This document shows positions 1 through 8,022 of a stretch of DNA of 64,000 nucleotides, in pieces (within the stretch, counting starts at the first letter, position 1; every line of letters starts with the position of its first letter). The position numbers were made by a program, and so were the translations under genes. The DNA lies in the IMG/VR virus record IMGVR_UViG_3300022927_000007; one strand, written 5' to 3'. The notes beneath the pieces were generated by a model that made no database searches, was not told the origin of the DNA, and saw nothing but the letters and a program-made list of their open reading frames with translations. This stretch comes from an uncultured virus (IMG/VR IMGVR_UViG_3300022927_000007). Taxonomy: Duplodnaviria > Heunggongvirae > Uroviricota > Caudoviricetes.

Positions 1-165
1 CCTCTAATGTCAAGTGGTGTTGTGTTAGACCCAGCATCATTCGAGCCTGTCGTATCATTTATGACACGTTACGGATATGTTGAGCTATCAAACGTTGCTT
101 CTTCACTTGGTAATGCCGCTGACTACTTAGGTAGAATCAGTATTGCCAATGTAAGCTTCAGCTAA
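1..165 (+). CDS. gp23: Major capsid protein, C-terminal end (partial, T4 gp23-like)
   Basis: Frame 1 reads PLMSSGVVLDPASFEPVVSFMTRYGYVELSN...VSFS* (TAA 163-165). DPxSFxPxxxFxTRYG is the conserved gp23 C-terminal motif. A strong terminator follows. Confidence 0.88.
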   Translation, partial: PLMSSGVVLDPASFEPVVSFMTRYGYVELSNVASSLGNAADYLGRISIANVSFS

Positions 166-185
166 GTTTAAAACTTACTAAAACG

Positions 186-212
186 AAAAAAGGCCCTTCG
201 GGGCCTTTTTTT
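186..212 (+). terminator. Rho-independent terminator after the capsid gene
   Basis: AAAAA-AGGCCC-TTCG-GGGCCT-TTTTTT: perfect stem, UUCG loop, U-tract; the flanking A-tract suggests it is bidirectional. Confidence 0.92.
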
Positions 213-232
213 ATGACTTGAGTAAACTTTGA

Positions 233-238
233 TAAATA
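233..238 (+). promoter_or_regulatory. T4-type late promoter (TAAATA core)
   Basis: GATAAATA in the intergenic region; matches the core of the T4 gp55 late promoter TATAAATA and recurs upstream of most structural genes here. Confidence 0.7.
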
Positions 239-243
239 CTTGT

Positions 244-336
244 GTCGTAAATCGTGCTATCAAATAGATAGACTTATGCAGAATTGACCCACTGCGTAGA
301 CCTAGAACGTTTTATAAGGAGAAACAAATGGGACGT
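244..336 (+). ncRNA. Putative structured 5' leader of the 328..702 gene
   Basis: Hairpin TATGCAG/CTGCGTA (275-298). A second stem, ACGTTTTAT (307-315) with ATGGGACGT (328-336), buries the AUG and loops out the SD. Confidence 0.4.
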
Positions 337-702
337 CCATTAAATAAAAGAAACTTTGGTGTATTAGCAGACGGTACTAACTTAACAATTAACTGTAAAG
401 TTGGAGCAAACTCAGCTACAGAACAAGGTATGATCATTTCACAAAGATCACAAAATAAATTTAAAGTTGATGATTCAAAACTTGGATCAGGTAACGAAGG
501 TGTATGTACACTAGTTGCTAAAGCAAGCGGTTCATTAGCCGACAATGAAATGTCAATTAACGGCATCATTACAGCAGATGGTTCAAGTGTATGGGTTACT
601 AAAATTTACAACAGAACTTGTAGAGATGAAAACAATAATCGTTACAAGTGGACTGTTGAAGATGATTCAACAGTGTCATACATGGCACTAGTTGCCATCT
701 AA
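328..702 (+). CDS. Hypothetical protein, probably virion-associated
   Basis: 124 aa ORF with SD AAGGAG, downstream of a late promoter and adjacent to the capsid gene. Confidence 0.75.
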   Translation: MGRPLNKRNFGVLADGTNLTINCKVGANSATEQGMIISQRSQNKFKVDDSKLGSGNEGVCTLVAKASGSLADNEMSINGIITADGSSVWVTKIYNRTCRDENNNRYKWTVEDDSTVSYMALVAI

Positions 703-708
703 GGATTA

Positions 709-732
709 GTGTGGGGGAGAAATTCCCCACAC
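709..732 (+). other. Intergenic GC-rich hairpin without U-tract
   Basis: GTGTGGGGGA-GAAA-TTCCCCACAC; GNRA loop, no following poly-T on either strand. Confidence 0.6.
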
Positions 733-750
733 ACATACAAGGAATTTTAG

Positions 751-1716
751 ATGTCAAAGACTTTAAATGTAAACAGCGGAAATTACACAGTACGAGTACC
801 ACAGGGTAATCGAATTACTCTTGATACTGGCGCAGAATTAGGAGAAGTTAGAATAACAGGAGACCTAGTTGTTGACGGTAATACTGTAACTGTTAATTCT
901 GAAGATTTAAGTCTTAAAGATAATATTATTATACTTAATGCTGGAGAAGAAGGTTCTACAGGTATTACACTTGATCAGTCTGGTATACGAATTGAAAGAG
1001 GTACTAGTTCAAGTTATCCAGATGTATTTTTTGTATTTGATGAAAATACAACACATAATGATCCAATTTCACAAACTGTTAAAGGCGGAACTTTTACTTT
1101 TAAAGACGAAAACAACGCACTGATTGGTATTAGAACTAATAGCATTTCAACCGGTGGCGGCGATTTATACTTAATTAATTCAGGTACAGGAGTTCTTAGT
1201 GTTAGCGGAACAAACAATTATGAAGCACAAGTTACCGATGATGACGATGTACCTAATAAAAAATATGTAGACGATGCTATTACAACAGGTATTCAAACAA
1301 TTACAATTCAGAGTATTCAAAGAGGTGACTCTGCGCTTAATCTTTTTGATCAAAGTTTAGATCCAGGTGTTAGCGGATTTAAAGTTACAATTGACGGATA
1401 CGAAGTAGCATTATTTAGACAAGACAGCACAGAGATTGAACAACTTATTTTTAATGATGCAACAATTTCTACTACAGCAAGCGGCGACGATTTGACACTT
1501 AGTAGTAACGGATCACCTTTTGTAAAAATTGACAGTGTTTTAAGAATGCCTATACAGAGCGATGCAACTGTAATTGCTAGTAGTGCTAATGACATTGGAA
1601 TTTATGCAAAGAATCCCGGCTTTGGTAATTCAGGAGTATGGTATAAAAACAAAAACAACTATGAAGATGAATTGATAAGTACTAATAAATCATTGTTATA
1701 TAGTATGTTATTTTAA
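751..1716 (+). CDS. Virion structural/fibre-like protein
   Basis: 321 aa, beta-rich. Contains ITGDLVVDGNTVTVNS...DNIIILN and PNKKYVD motifs typical of phage fibre proteins; ends in hydrophobic SLLYSMLF. Confidence 0.7.
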   Translation: MSKTLNVNSGNYTVRVPQGNRITLDTGAELGEVRITGDLVVDGNTVTVNSEDLSLKDNIIILNAGEEGSTGITLDQSGIRIERGTSSSYPDVFFVFDENTTHNDPISQTVKGGTFTFKDENNALIGIRTNSISTGGGDLYLINSGTGVLSVSGTNNYEAQVTDDDDVPNKKYVDDAITTGIQTITIQSIQRGDSALNLFDQSLDPGVSGFKVTIDGYEVALFRQDSTEIEQLIFNDATISTTASGDDLTLSSNGSPFVKIDSVLRMPIQSDATVIASSANDIGIYAKNPGFGNSGVWYKNKNNYEDELISTNKSLLYSMLF

Positions 1717-1727
1717 AGGAAAAACAA

Positions 1728-2075
1728 ATGGCAATTACAAATAAAAAAATTACTTCTTCAGATACAACGTTGTTAACAGTTCCAGCAGGTAAAAGATATG
1801 CTATTACTACTATTATGGTTTGCAATTCACAACCTGCAGATACAGGCGGCGGCAATGATGCAACTTTTGATCTACATTTTATTCCAAGCGGCCAAACAAA
1901 AGGATATGCAGATCCAAACTCTAATCAAATATTAAATGATTTAAAAGTAGCAGGTGCTGATACATTTTCTTTTGATACAGAAAAGATTGTATTGGAAGAA
2001 GGAGACAGTATTGTAGCTATGGGACAAGCAGGTAAAGAATATTTACTTGCTACAGTTAGTTATTTGGAAGTATAA
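1728..2075 (+). CDS. Small beta-rich virion protein (adaptor-like family, copy 1)
   Basis: 115 aa; TLLTVPAGKRYAITTIMVCN...EKIVLEEGD. Visibly homologous to 11716..12045 and 22282..22608. Confidence 0.7.
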   Translation: MAITNKKITSSDTTLLTVPAGKRYAITTIMVCNSQPADTGGGNDATFDLHFIPSGQTKGYADPNSNQILNDLKVAGADTFSFDTEKIVLEEGDSIVAMGQAGKEYLLATVSYLEV

Positions 2076-2578
2076 TGCGATTTATTAAAGCACAAACAAC
2101 ATCTAGAGGAATTAATGCCGACACAAAAGGAGTAAACGTAGACTCTCTTGGTTTAATCACAATGAATACTAATTCAGCTGTGATTGTTCCTAAAGGAACG
2201 CAAAACGACAGACCGTTTATTCCAACAGAAGGTATGGTTAGATATAATACTGATACCGGAGACTTTGAAGTAAGACAAAATGCGGCATGGAAACCTATTA
2301 GATTTAGAGAACCTACTGTTATTCATCAACAAAATTTAGGAAACGGTGACGGAGTTGAAACATTATTTGGACCACTAGATTCAAACGATAGTTACTATCC
2401 TATACCGGTATCTGAAAATAACATTTTAGTAACTATTGAAAACGTTTTTCAGTTAGCAAACACTAACTATTCTCTTGTGCAAAATCCAGCAGGAAAAACT
2501 CCAGGAACATATCTATCATTTGGTTCAGCTGTCCCTACTGGTAAGGTTGTCCAAGTACTACATAACTTCGACAAGTAA
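2075..2578 (+). CDS. Virion protein with PxGTxxxRP...GMVRYNT fibre motif
   Basis: 167 aa, coupled to the previous gene (TAATG). The motif is shared with the 2614, 7989 and 22624 ORFs. Confidence 0.7.
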   Translation: MRFIKAQTTSRGINADTKGVNVDSLGLITMNTNSAVIVPKGTQNDRPFIPTEGMVRYNTDTGDFEVRQNAAWKPIRFREPTVIHQQNLGNGDGVETLFGPLDSNDSYYPIPVSENNILVTIENVFQLANTNYSLVQNPAGKTPGTYLSFGSAVPTGKVVQVLHNFDK

Positions 2579-2613
2579 AATAAATACAAGTAAGAAGTTA
2601 GAGAGGGAACCTA

Positions 2614-5600
2614 ATGGCACAAGTCGCTCGCATAGGCGGTCAATTACTACAAGATAACTTATTACGAGAACTTTCGGATCTTAAGTTTGACAATGACCTT
2701 TTAGTTGTAAAAAGAGATAATACTCTTGGTATTAATACAACTACAACTCCTAGAAACTTAACTATTAACGGTACATTACGTACATCATCAGGTACTAGTG
2801 AGCCTGATATTATTTTTGATAATAGTTTAAAAATTGGCGACCTTACTCTTGCTACTACCGGTATTAGTACATCAAGCGGAAACATTAATATTAAATCAAC
2901 ACATCCCGAAGGTTATATTGTTACTAACGGTATTGGTAGTTATAATTTTGCTGTTAAGGGCGACGGTCTTATAGCATTAGGAACTAATGATAGTGTTGGT
3001 TTAAGATCAGAAGTCTATGATGGCCAAACAGTTGCCTGGAATTATAACGGTAATTATGGTAATTATTGGTACCCTGGACCAAAGATTAGTGCAGATTCTC
3101 CTCCTAACGATGGCGATAGACTTTATGACGACGCAATAGCAAGAGCACAGGCAGGTACCTGGACTGCTGAAGAATTAGTTGCATTTGACTTTGATGGTGA
3201 TGGAGATATTCAAGTAGATGATGCTTTAAAAATTCTTACAATGAATACACAGTTCATTAACGGAACTGCATTTCCAGCATCAAGAACACTAGCAGATCAC
3301 CCAAATCCTGAAGCATTTAAAGCATATGTAAAAAAATATTATCCGCGAAGTGCTCCAAGAGAATTACAAATCCAATCAGGCGGAACTGTTACAGTAACAG
3401 GTAATTTACACGCTACTGGTGATATTACATACGGTGCAGAACAAATATTCGAAGGATATTCTTTATGGTATACTGTAAATAATCCAAATGCCTACGGAAC
3501 TGATGCTAATGATCATTTTGGTCAAACAGTAGCAGTTGCCGGTAACTTTGGTATTATCGGTGCACCAGATGAAGATTCAGCATCGTTTAGTAGTGAAGGT
3601 AAAGCGTATATCTATAATATCACTACTGGACAATTATTACATACTTTATCAAATCCTGATGCAGGAGCATCAAATACACAATTTGGTGATTCCGTGCATA
3701 TTAGCGGCAACTATGCAATCGTTGGTGCAAGTACATACGGAAATAATGAAGGTAGGGCATACATATTTGATGTAACTACTGGATCGTTATTACATACGTT
3801 ATCAAATCCAAATAACTACGGAACATCGCAAGATGACTATTTTGGACAATCAGTATCTATTAGTGGGACTTTTTGTGCTGTAGGTGCAAGATTTGAAGAT
3901 GAAGCAACAGGTAATAACTCGGGAATAATTTATGTATTTAATAATAGTACTGGTGTATTAGAAGAAACAATTAATAATCCTAACGTATACGGAACAAAAA
4001 CAAATGACTATTTTGGTACTGTTGTATCTATTGATGGAAATAATGTTGCGGCAAGTGCATTAGGAGAAGATACTGCTACTGATACAGAAGTTGGCGTTGT
4101 TTACATTTTTAATGCATCTACAGGAGCACTATCTAGAACTTTACAAAATCCAAATACATTTAGCACAAGTACCGATGATAGATTTGGTGAAGCAATATCT
4201 TTAAGTGGAAATAAAATTATTGTTGGTGCACCTGGTGAAGATGAGCCTAGCAATAGTAATGCAGGTAAGGCATATATTTTTAACGTAACTACGGGAGCAT
4301 TGCTATTAACATTAACAAACCCTAATGATTTTGGAACCAGTCAAGATGATCAGTTTGGATCAAGTGTAGATATTTCAGGAACATGGGCAATTGTTGGAAC
4401 TCCTGGAGAAGATACTGCTAGTTTTAACAGTAGTGGTATTGCATATGTGTTTAATACAAATACCGGACTAATGGTTTCGAAGGTTACTAATCCTAATCCC
4501 GGAACTGATCATAAATTTGCATTTAATGTAGGAATTAATGACGATGCTCATACAATTATTGGAGCACCTCTTGAAACTGTAGACGGATCAACTGAAGCTG
4601 GTCGAGTTTATATACACCAAGCAACAATCAGCGGTAATGAAAGTTCATTAATCATAGGCGACGATAGTACTGATACTGCATCGTTTTTTGCAGATTTTAA
4701 ATCTGATATTATTCCAGATCAAACAGATACGTTTACTATAGGTAATGTAGGTAAGAGATTTAAAATTGCAGTTGAAGAACTAACTGCTGACAGGGTTCAA
4801 GCTAACGGTATTGTTTATCAAGGAATTGAATTAACAAAAAATGTTGGTATTATTTTTGTTTCAACCAACAACGGTAATGATAATAACGAAGGAACAAACC
4901 CGGGCGGTCCGTTTGCAACAATTGCAAAGGCACTTAGTACTGCAACAACAGGCGATTTAATTTATGTTTATCCAGGTCAATACCAAGAAGCATTTCCCTT
5001 AACTGTTCCTAAAGGAGTTACTATCCAAGGAGCATCTTTAAGAAGTGTAGAAATATCACCTACGTCGGCTACACAAAGTAACGATGCATTTTTAGTTAAT
5101 AGTGATACTACGATTGAAAATATTACAATTAAAGATTTTTATTATAACAGTAGTAACGACACTGGATATGCTTTCCGTTTTGCTAATAATTTCTCAACAA
5201 CTATATTTGAACAAACTCCCGGAAGAAGTCCTTATATCAGAAATGTAACAGTTATTACAAAAGGTACAACAACAAGTCCGAGCGATCCAAGAGGATTTGC
5301 AAGCGGCGATGCAGGTAAAGGTGCATTAGTTGACGGAAGTGTTGTCTTACAAAATAGTAGATCTGCTAGTATACTTTTTCATAGTTGTACATTTATTACT
5401 CCAGGTGTTGATGCACTAACAGCAACAAACGGTGTAAGAATAGAATGGCTTAATAGTTTTACATATTTTGCTAATAGAGGACTTTATCTAACACAAGGTA
5501 CCGGAAGATTACTACCGGATAGTACTATTGAATATGGAGCAGAACTTAGAAGTATTTCAAGTGCATCTGTATACGGAAACAAAGGTATCGAAGCCGATGG

Positions 5601-7851
5601 CGAAAATTGTTTAGCATATCTAATTAACTATAATTTTGCATACATTGGCGCAGGTAAAGATGTTACTAACGATAATACATTTACTCTACAAGAAAATGAA
5701 GTTATTGAACTAAACAATGCAAAGGTGTATTATTCAAGCCAAGACCAACGAGGCAATTTTAGAGTTGGTGATAATTTCCTTGTTGATTTAGAAAATGAAA
5801 GAACTAGTTTTGATATTGAAAGCATTTTTGCTACAAATGTAACAGCAATCTTAAGAAACGGTAACGATATAATTACAATTCAACCAAGTCAAATTAATTT
5901 AGATAACATTGTTATTGCAGGAAATACAATTGAAGCTACTAGATCAAATTTAAATATTGACAGCGTTGGAGTAATAAATTTACAAGGTAACGTAACAGCA
6001 CCTTCTATGAATGTTTCAGGAAACTTAACAGTTGACGGTGCAATCAATAATATTGGTGATAGTCCTAATGATACTGTTGACTTTAATATGGCCATTACTC
6101 AAGATTTTCTTCCAGGAGATTCAGACGGATTAACATTAGGAAATGAAACAAAACGTTGGAAAGAATTGTATACTGACTTGTTGGCAACAGACAGTATTAA
6201 CATTACAACATCTGAAATTAGTACTAATGAAACTAATGCTGATTTAAATATTTTAGCAACTGGCACAGGCGCTGTCTTCATTGATAATTTAAAATTTGAA
6301 GATAATAAAATTATAGGTAAATTTGATCCTGAAGGAGAGTTCGTAGTAAATTCATCTACTGATCCAGGATTTCCTAGCATCTTTAATGGATTTGATTCAT
6401 TAAGATCGTTGCTACCAAAATGGACAACTATATTTGGTATACCAGTTCTTGGTACAGCAACAGCATCTTTAGATGCAGTAAAGCATGCCGCTAATATTTT
6501 AGCAAGTTATCTTGATAATAACTTTGACGGAGTTGTAGATAATAATGATCTTTATGCAGAGTTTTCAGATGGATTGTTTGCTATAGTAGTTTATGCAAAT
6601 GCTGCCGAAGAGTCTAGTTTAAGTACACAATTAGGAGCATTTAAAGTTAACAGAACATTTAGTGTTTTTGAAGATGAAATGAATAACTTCTTAGGAGACG
6701 GCGTCGGAAACCAACGAGATATTGCATCTGAAAAAATTCTAAAAGACTTATTAATTCCGAAAATATCTAGTTTACATATTCCGTTAAGTATTACACGACC
6801 GTCTACAGTTACTAACGCAATGGACGCGGCTCGAGGAGGCTTTCAAGCTGGCGGACAAGTTGGATATAATTATCCTCCCTTTGCATGGTACACTGATCCA
6901 ACAGGATTATCATACACAAACTTAGTATATGAATATTTGTATTTGTTAACAGCATCAGTAGCAGGAAGTTTAGAATGGCGTTCTGGAACAATTACTAGTT
7001 TATGGGATCCGTATAATGATGTATTATTGCAATTGCAAGACGTAGCTGGTAGAAATATTATTATTAATAACACTTATGGTTTTCCTATAACAAATAGTCC
7101 GTCAATTGATTACTGGACTGAAGTTACAAATGTATTAGGCGGAACAAAACGAGATGTAGAATTTTCTCCAACAGATTCTTTAAGAATAAATGCTATTAGT
7201 GATTTGTCTTTACCAAAAGGATCACCGGCTGAAAGACCGTCAGTACAAGGCGGAATTAGATATAATACCACTTATAATACATTTGAAGGTACTGAAATTT
7301 TAGGTGCAGTTTCTTTAGACGGTATTTATGATACTGATAGAAACACATATTTAGACCTAAGTAATAACCAATTTAACTTTGTTACTAACGGACAAACAAA
7401 TCACACGTTAAATGGTACACTACTTGAATCATCTGGATTTAGTAGTGATCATAAATTTAGTATAGACGGAAATGTTGTTAGTAATGATGTAGAAGGTGGA
7501 AATAGTATATTAAGATCAAACGGTACTGGTTTCACTAAAATACAAGAAGTTCACTTTAGAGATAGTGAGTTAGTTAATGCTAGTGCTGCCAATTTTATCT
7601 TTAATTTAACAAATACTAATAACAGAGCTTTTCTAAAAATTGATAATGTAAGCGGTATGGTTATCCCGCAAGGTACTACAGCAGAACGTCCTGGAATACC
7701 TGAAGTTGGACATACAAGATACAACTTAGATCTAGAATACGTAGAAACTTGGAACGGTTCTGACTGGATTAATGCGGCAGGTGAAGTTGAAAGTATTGAA
7801 GCATCTGATGTTGAAAATTTAGCTTATATATTCAACCTTATCCTAGACTAA
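2614..7851 (+). CDS. Large multidomain virion/fibre protein (7-bladed FG-GAP propeller, beta-helix-like region, extra inserts)
   Basis: 1745 aa. Seven FG...(I/V)GA(P/R) repeats; FVSTNNGNDNNEG...PFATIAKAL...GDLIYVYPGQY pectin-lyase-like start; two C-terminal PxG(S/T)xAERP...RYN motifs. Late promoter TAAATA at 2581-2586. Paralog of 7989..11705. Confidence 0.8.
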   Translation: MAQVARIGGQLLQDNLLRELSDLKFDNDLLVVKRDNTLGINTTTTPRNLTINGTLRTSSGTSEPDIIFDNSLKIGDLTLATTGISTSSGNINIKSTHPEGYIVTNGIGSYNFAVKGDGLIALGTNDSVGLRSEVYDGQTVAWNYNGNYGNYWYPGPKISADSPPNDGDRLYDDAIARAQAGTWTAEELVAFDFDGDGDIQVDDALKILTMNTQFINGTAFPASRTLADHPNPEAFKAYVKKYYPRSAPRELQIQSGGTVTVTGNLHATGDITYGAEQIFEGYSLWYTVNNPNAYGTDANDHFGQTVAVAGNFGIIGAPDEDSASFSSEGKAYIYNITTGQLLHTLSNPDAGASNTQFGDSVHISGNYAIVGASTYGNNEGRAYIFDVTTGSLLHTLSNPNNYGTSQDDYFGQSVSISGTFCAVGARFEDEATGNNSGIIYVFNNSTGVLEETINNPNVYGTKTNDYFGTVVSIDGNNVAASALGEDTATDTEVGVVYIFNASTGALSRTLQNPNTFSTSTDDRFGEAISLSGNKIIVGAPGEDEPSNSNAGKAYIFNVTTGALLLTLTNPNDFGTSQDDQFGSSVDISGTWAIVGTPGEDTASFNSSGIAYVFNTNTGLMVSKVTNPNPGTDHKFAFNVGINDDAHTIIGAPLETVDGSTEAGRVYIHQATISGNESSLIIGDDSTDTASFFADFKSDIIPDQTDTFTIGNVGKRFKIAVEELTADRVQANGIVYQGIELTKNVGIIFVSTNNGNDNNEGTNPGGPFATIAKALSTATTGDLIYVYPGQYQEAFPLTVPKGVTIQGASLRSVEISPTSATQSNDAFLVNSDTTIENITIKDFYYNSSNDTGYAFRFANNFSTTIFEQTPGRSPYIRNVTVITKGTTTSPSDPRGFASGDAGKGALVDGSVVLQNSRSASILFHSCTFITPGVDALTATNGVRIEWLNSFTYFANRGLYLTQGTGRLLPDSTIEYGAELRSISSASVYGNKGIEADGENCLAYLINYNFAYIGAGKDVTNDNTFTLQENEVIELNNAKVYYSSQDQRGNFRVGDNFLVDLENERTSFDIESIFATNVTAILRNGNDIITIQPSQINLDNIVIAGNTIEATRSNLNIDSVGVINLQGNVTAPSMNVSGNLTVDGAINNIGDSPNDTVDFNMAITQDFLPGDSDGLTLGNETKRWKELYTDLLATDSINITTSEISTNETNADLNILATGTGAVFIDNLKFEDNKIIGKFDPEGEFVVNSSTDPGFPSIFNGFDSLRSLLPKWTTIFGIPVLGTATASLDAVKHAANILASYLDNNFDGVVDNNDLYAEFSDGLFAIVVYANAAEESSLSTQLGAFKVNRTFSVFEDEMNNFLGDGVGNQRDIASEKILKDLLIPKISSLHIPLSITRPSTVTNAMDAARGGFQAGGQVGYNYPPFAWYTDPTGLSYTNLVYEYLYLLTASVAGSLEWRSGTITSLWDPYNDVLLQLQDVAGRNIIINNTYGFPITNSPSIDYWTEVTNVLGGTKRDVEFSPTDSLRINAISDLSLPKGSPAERPSVQGGIRYNTTYNTFEGTEILGAVSLDGIYDTDRNTYLDLSNNQFNFVTNGQTNHTLNGTLLESSGFSSDHKFSIDGNVVSNDVEGGNSILRSNGTGFTKIQEVHFRDSELVNASAANFIFNLTNTNNRAFLKIDNVSGMVIPQGTTAERPGIPEVGHTRYNLDLEYVETWNGSDWINAAGEVESIEASDVENLAYIFNLILD

Positions 7852-7865
7852 TTTCCCAAATCAGA

Positions 7866-8022
7866 TAAATAATATTAATGCAACGAAGGGCAGACCAGGC
7901 CGTTGCTGACAAACTGTGGTTAGCCGGCAAAGAGCGAAAGCTGAAAATTTAGGCTAGAGGGACAGGATCCCCGTATTAAGGAGAGAAGATGGCAATTGGT
8001 CGCATATCGGGTCCTCTCTTAA
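7866..8022 (+). ncRNA. Late promoter plus putative structured cis-regulatory RNA leader
   Basis: TAAATA at 7866-7871, then a GC-rich ~110 nt leader with stems GCAACG/CGTTGC, TTAGCC/GGCTAG enclosing AGC-GAAA-GCT, and GGGA/TCCC. The SD region TTAAGGAGAG can pair with CTCTCTTAA (8014-8022) inside the CDS. Confidence 0.5.

Noticed and set aside
709..732. Intrinsic terminator
   Set aside because: There is no U-tract on either strand; recorded as a plain hairpin.
7920..7975. c-di-GMP-I riboswitch or a known small ribozyme
   Set aside because: GGCAAA...GAAA superficially resembles the GEMM motif, but the following ACGCAAA and second-hairpin signature are missing, and no hammerhead or pistol core could be completed. 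Kept only as an unassigned structured leader.
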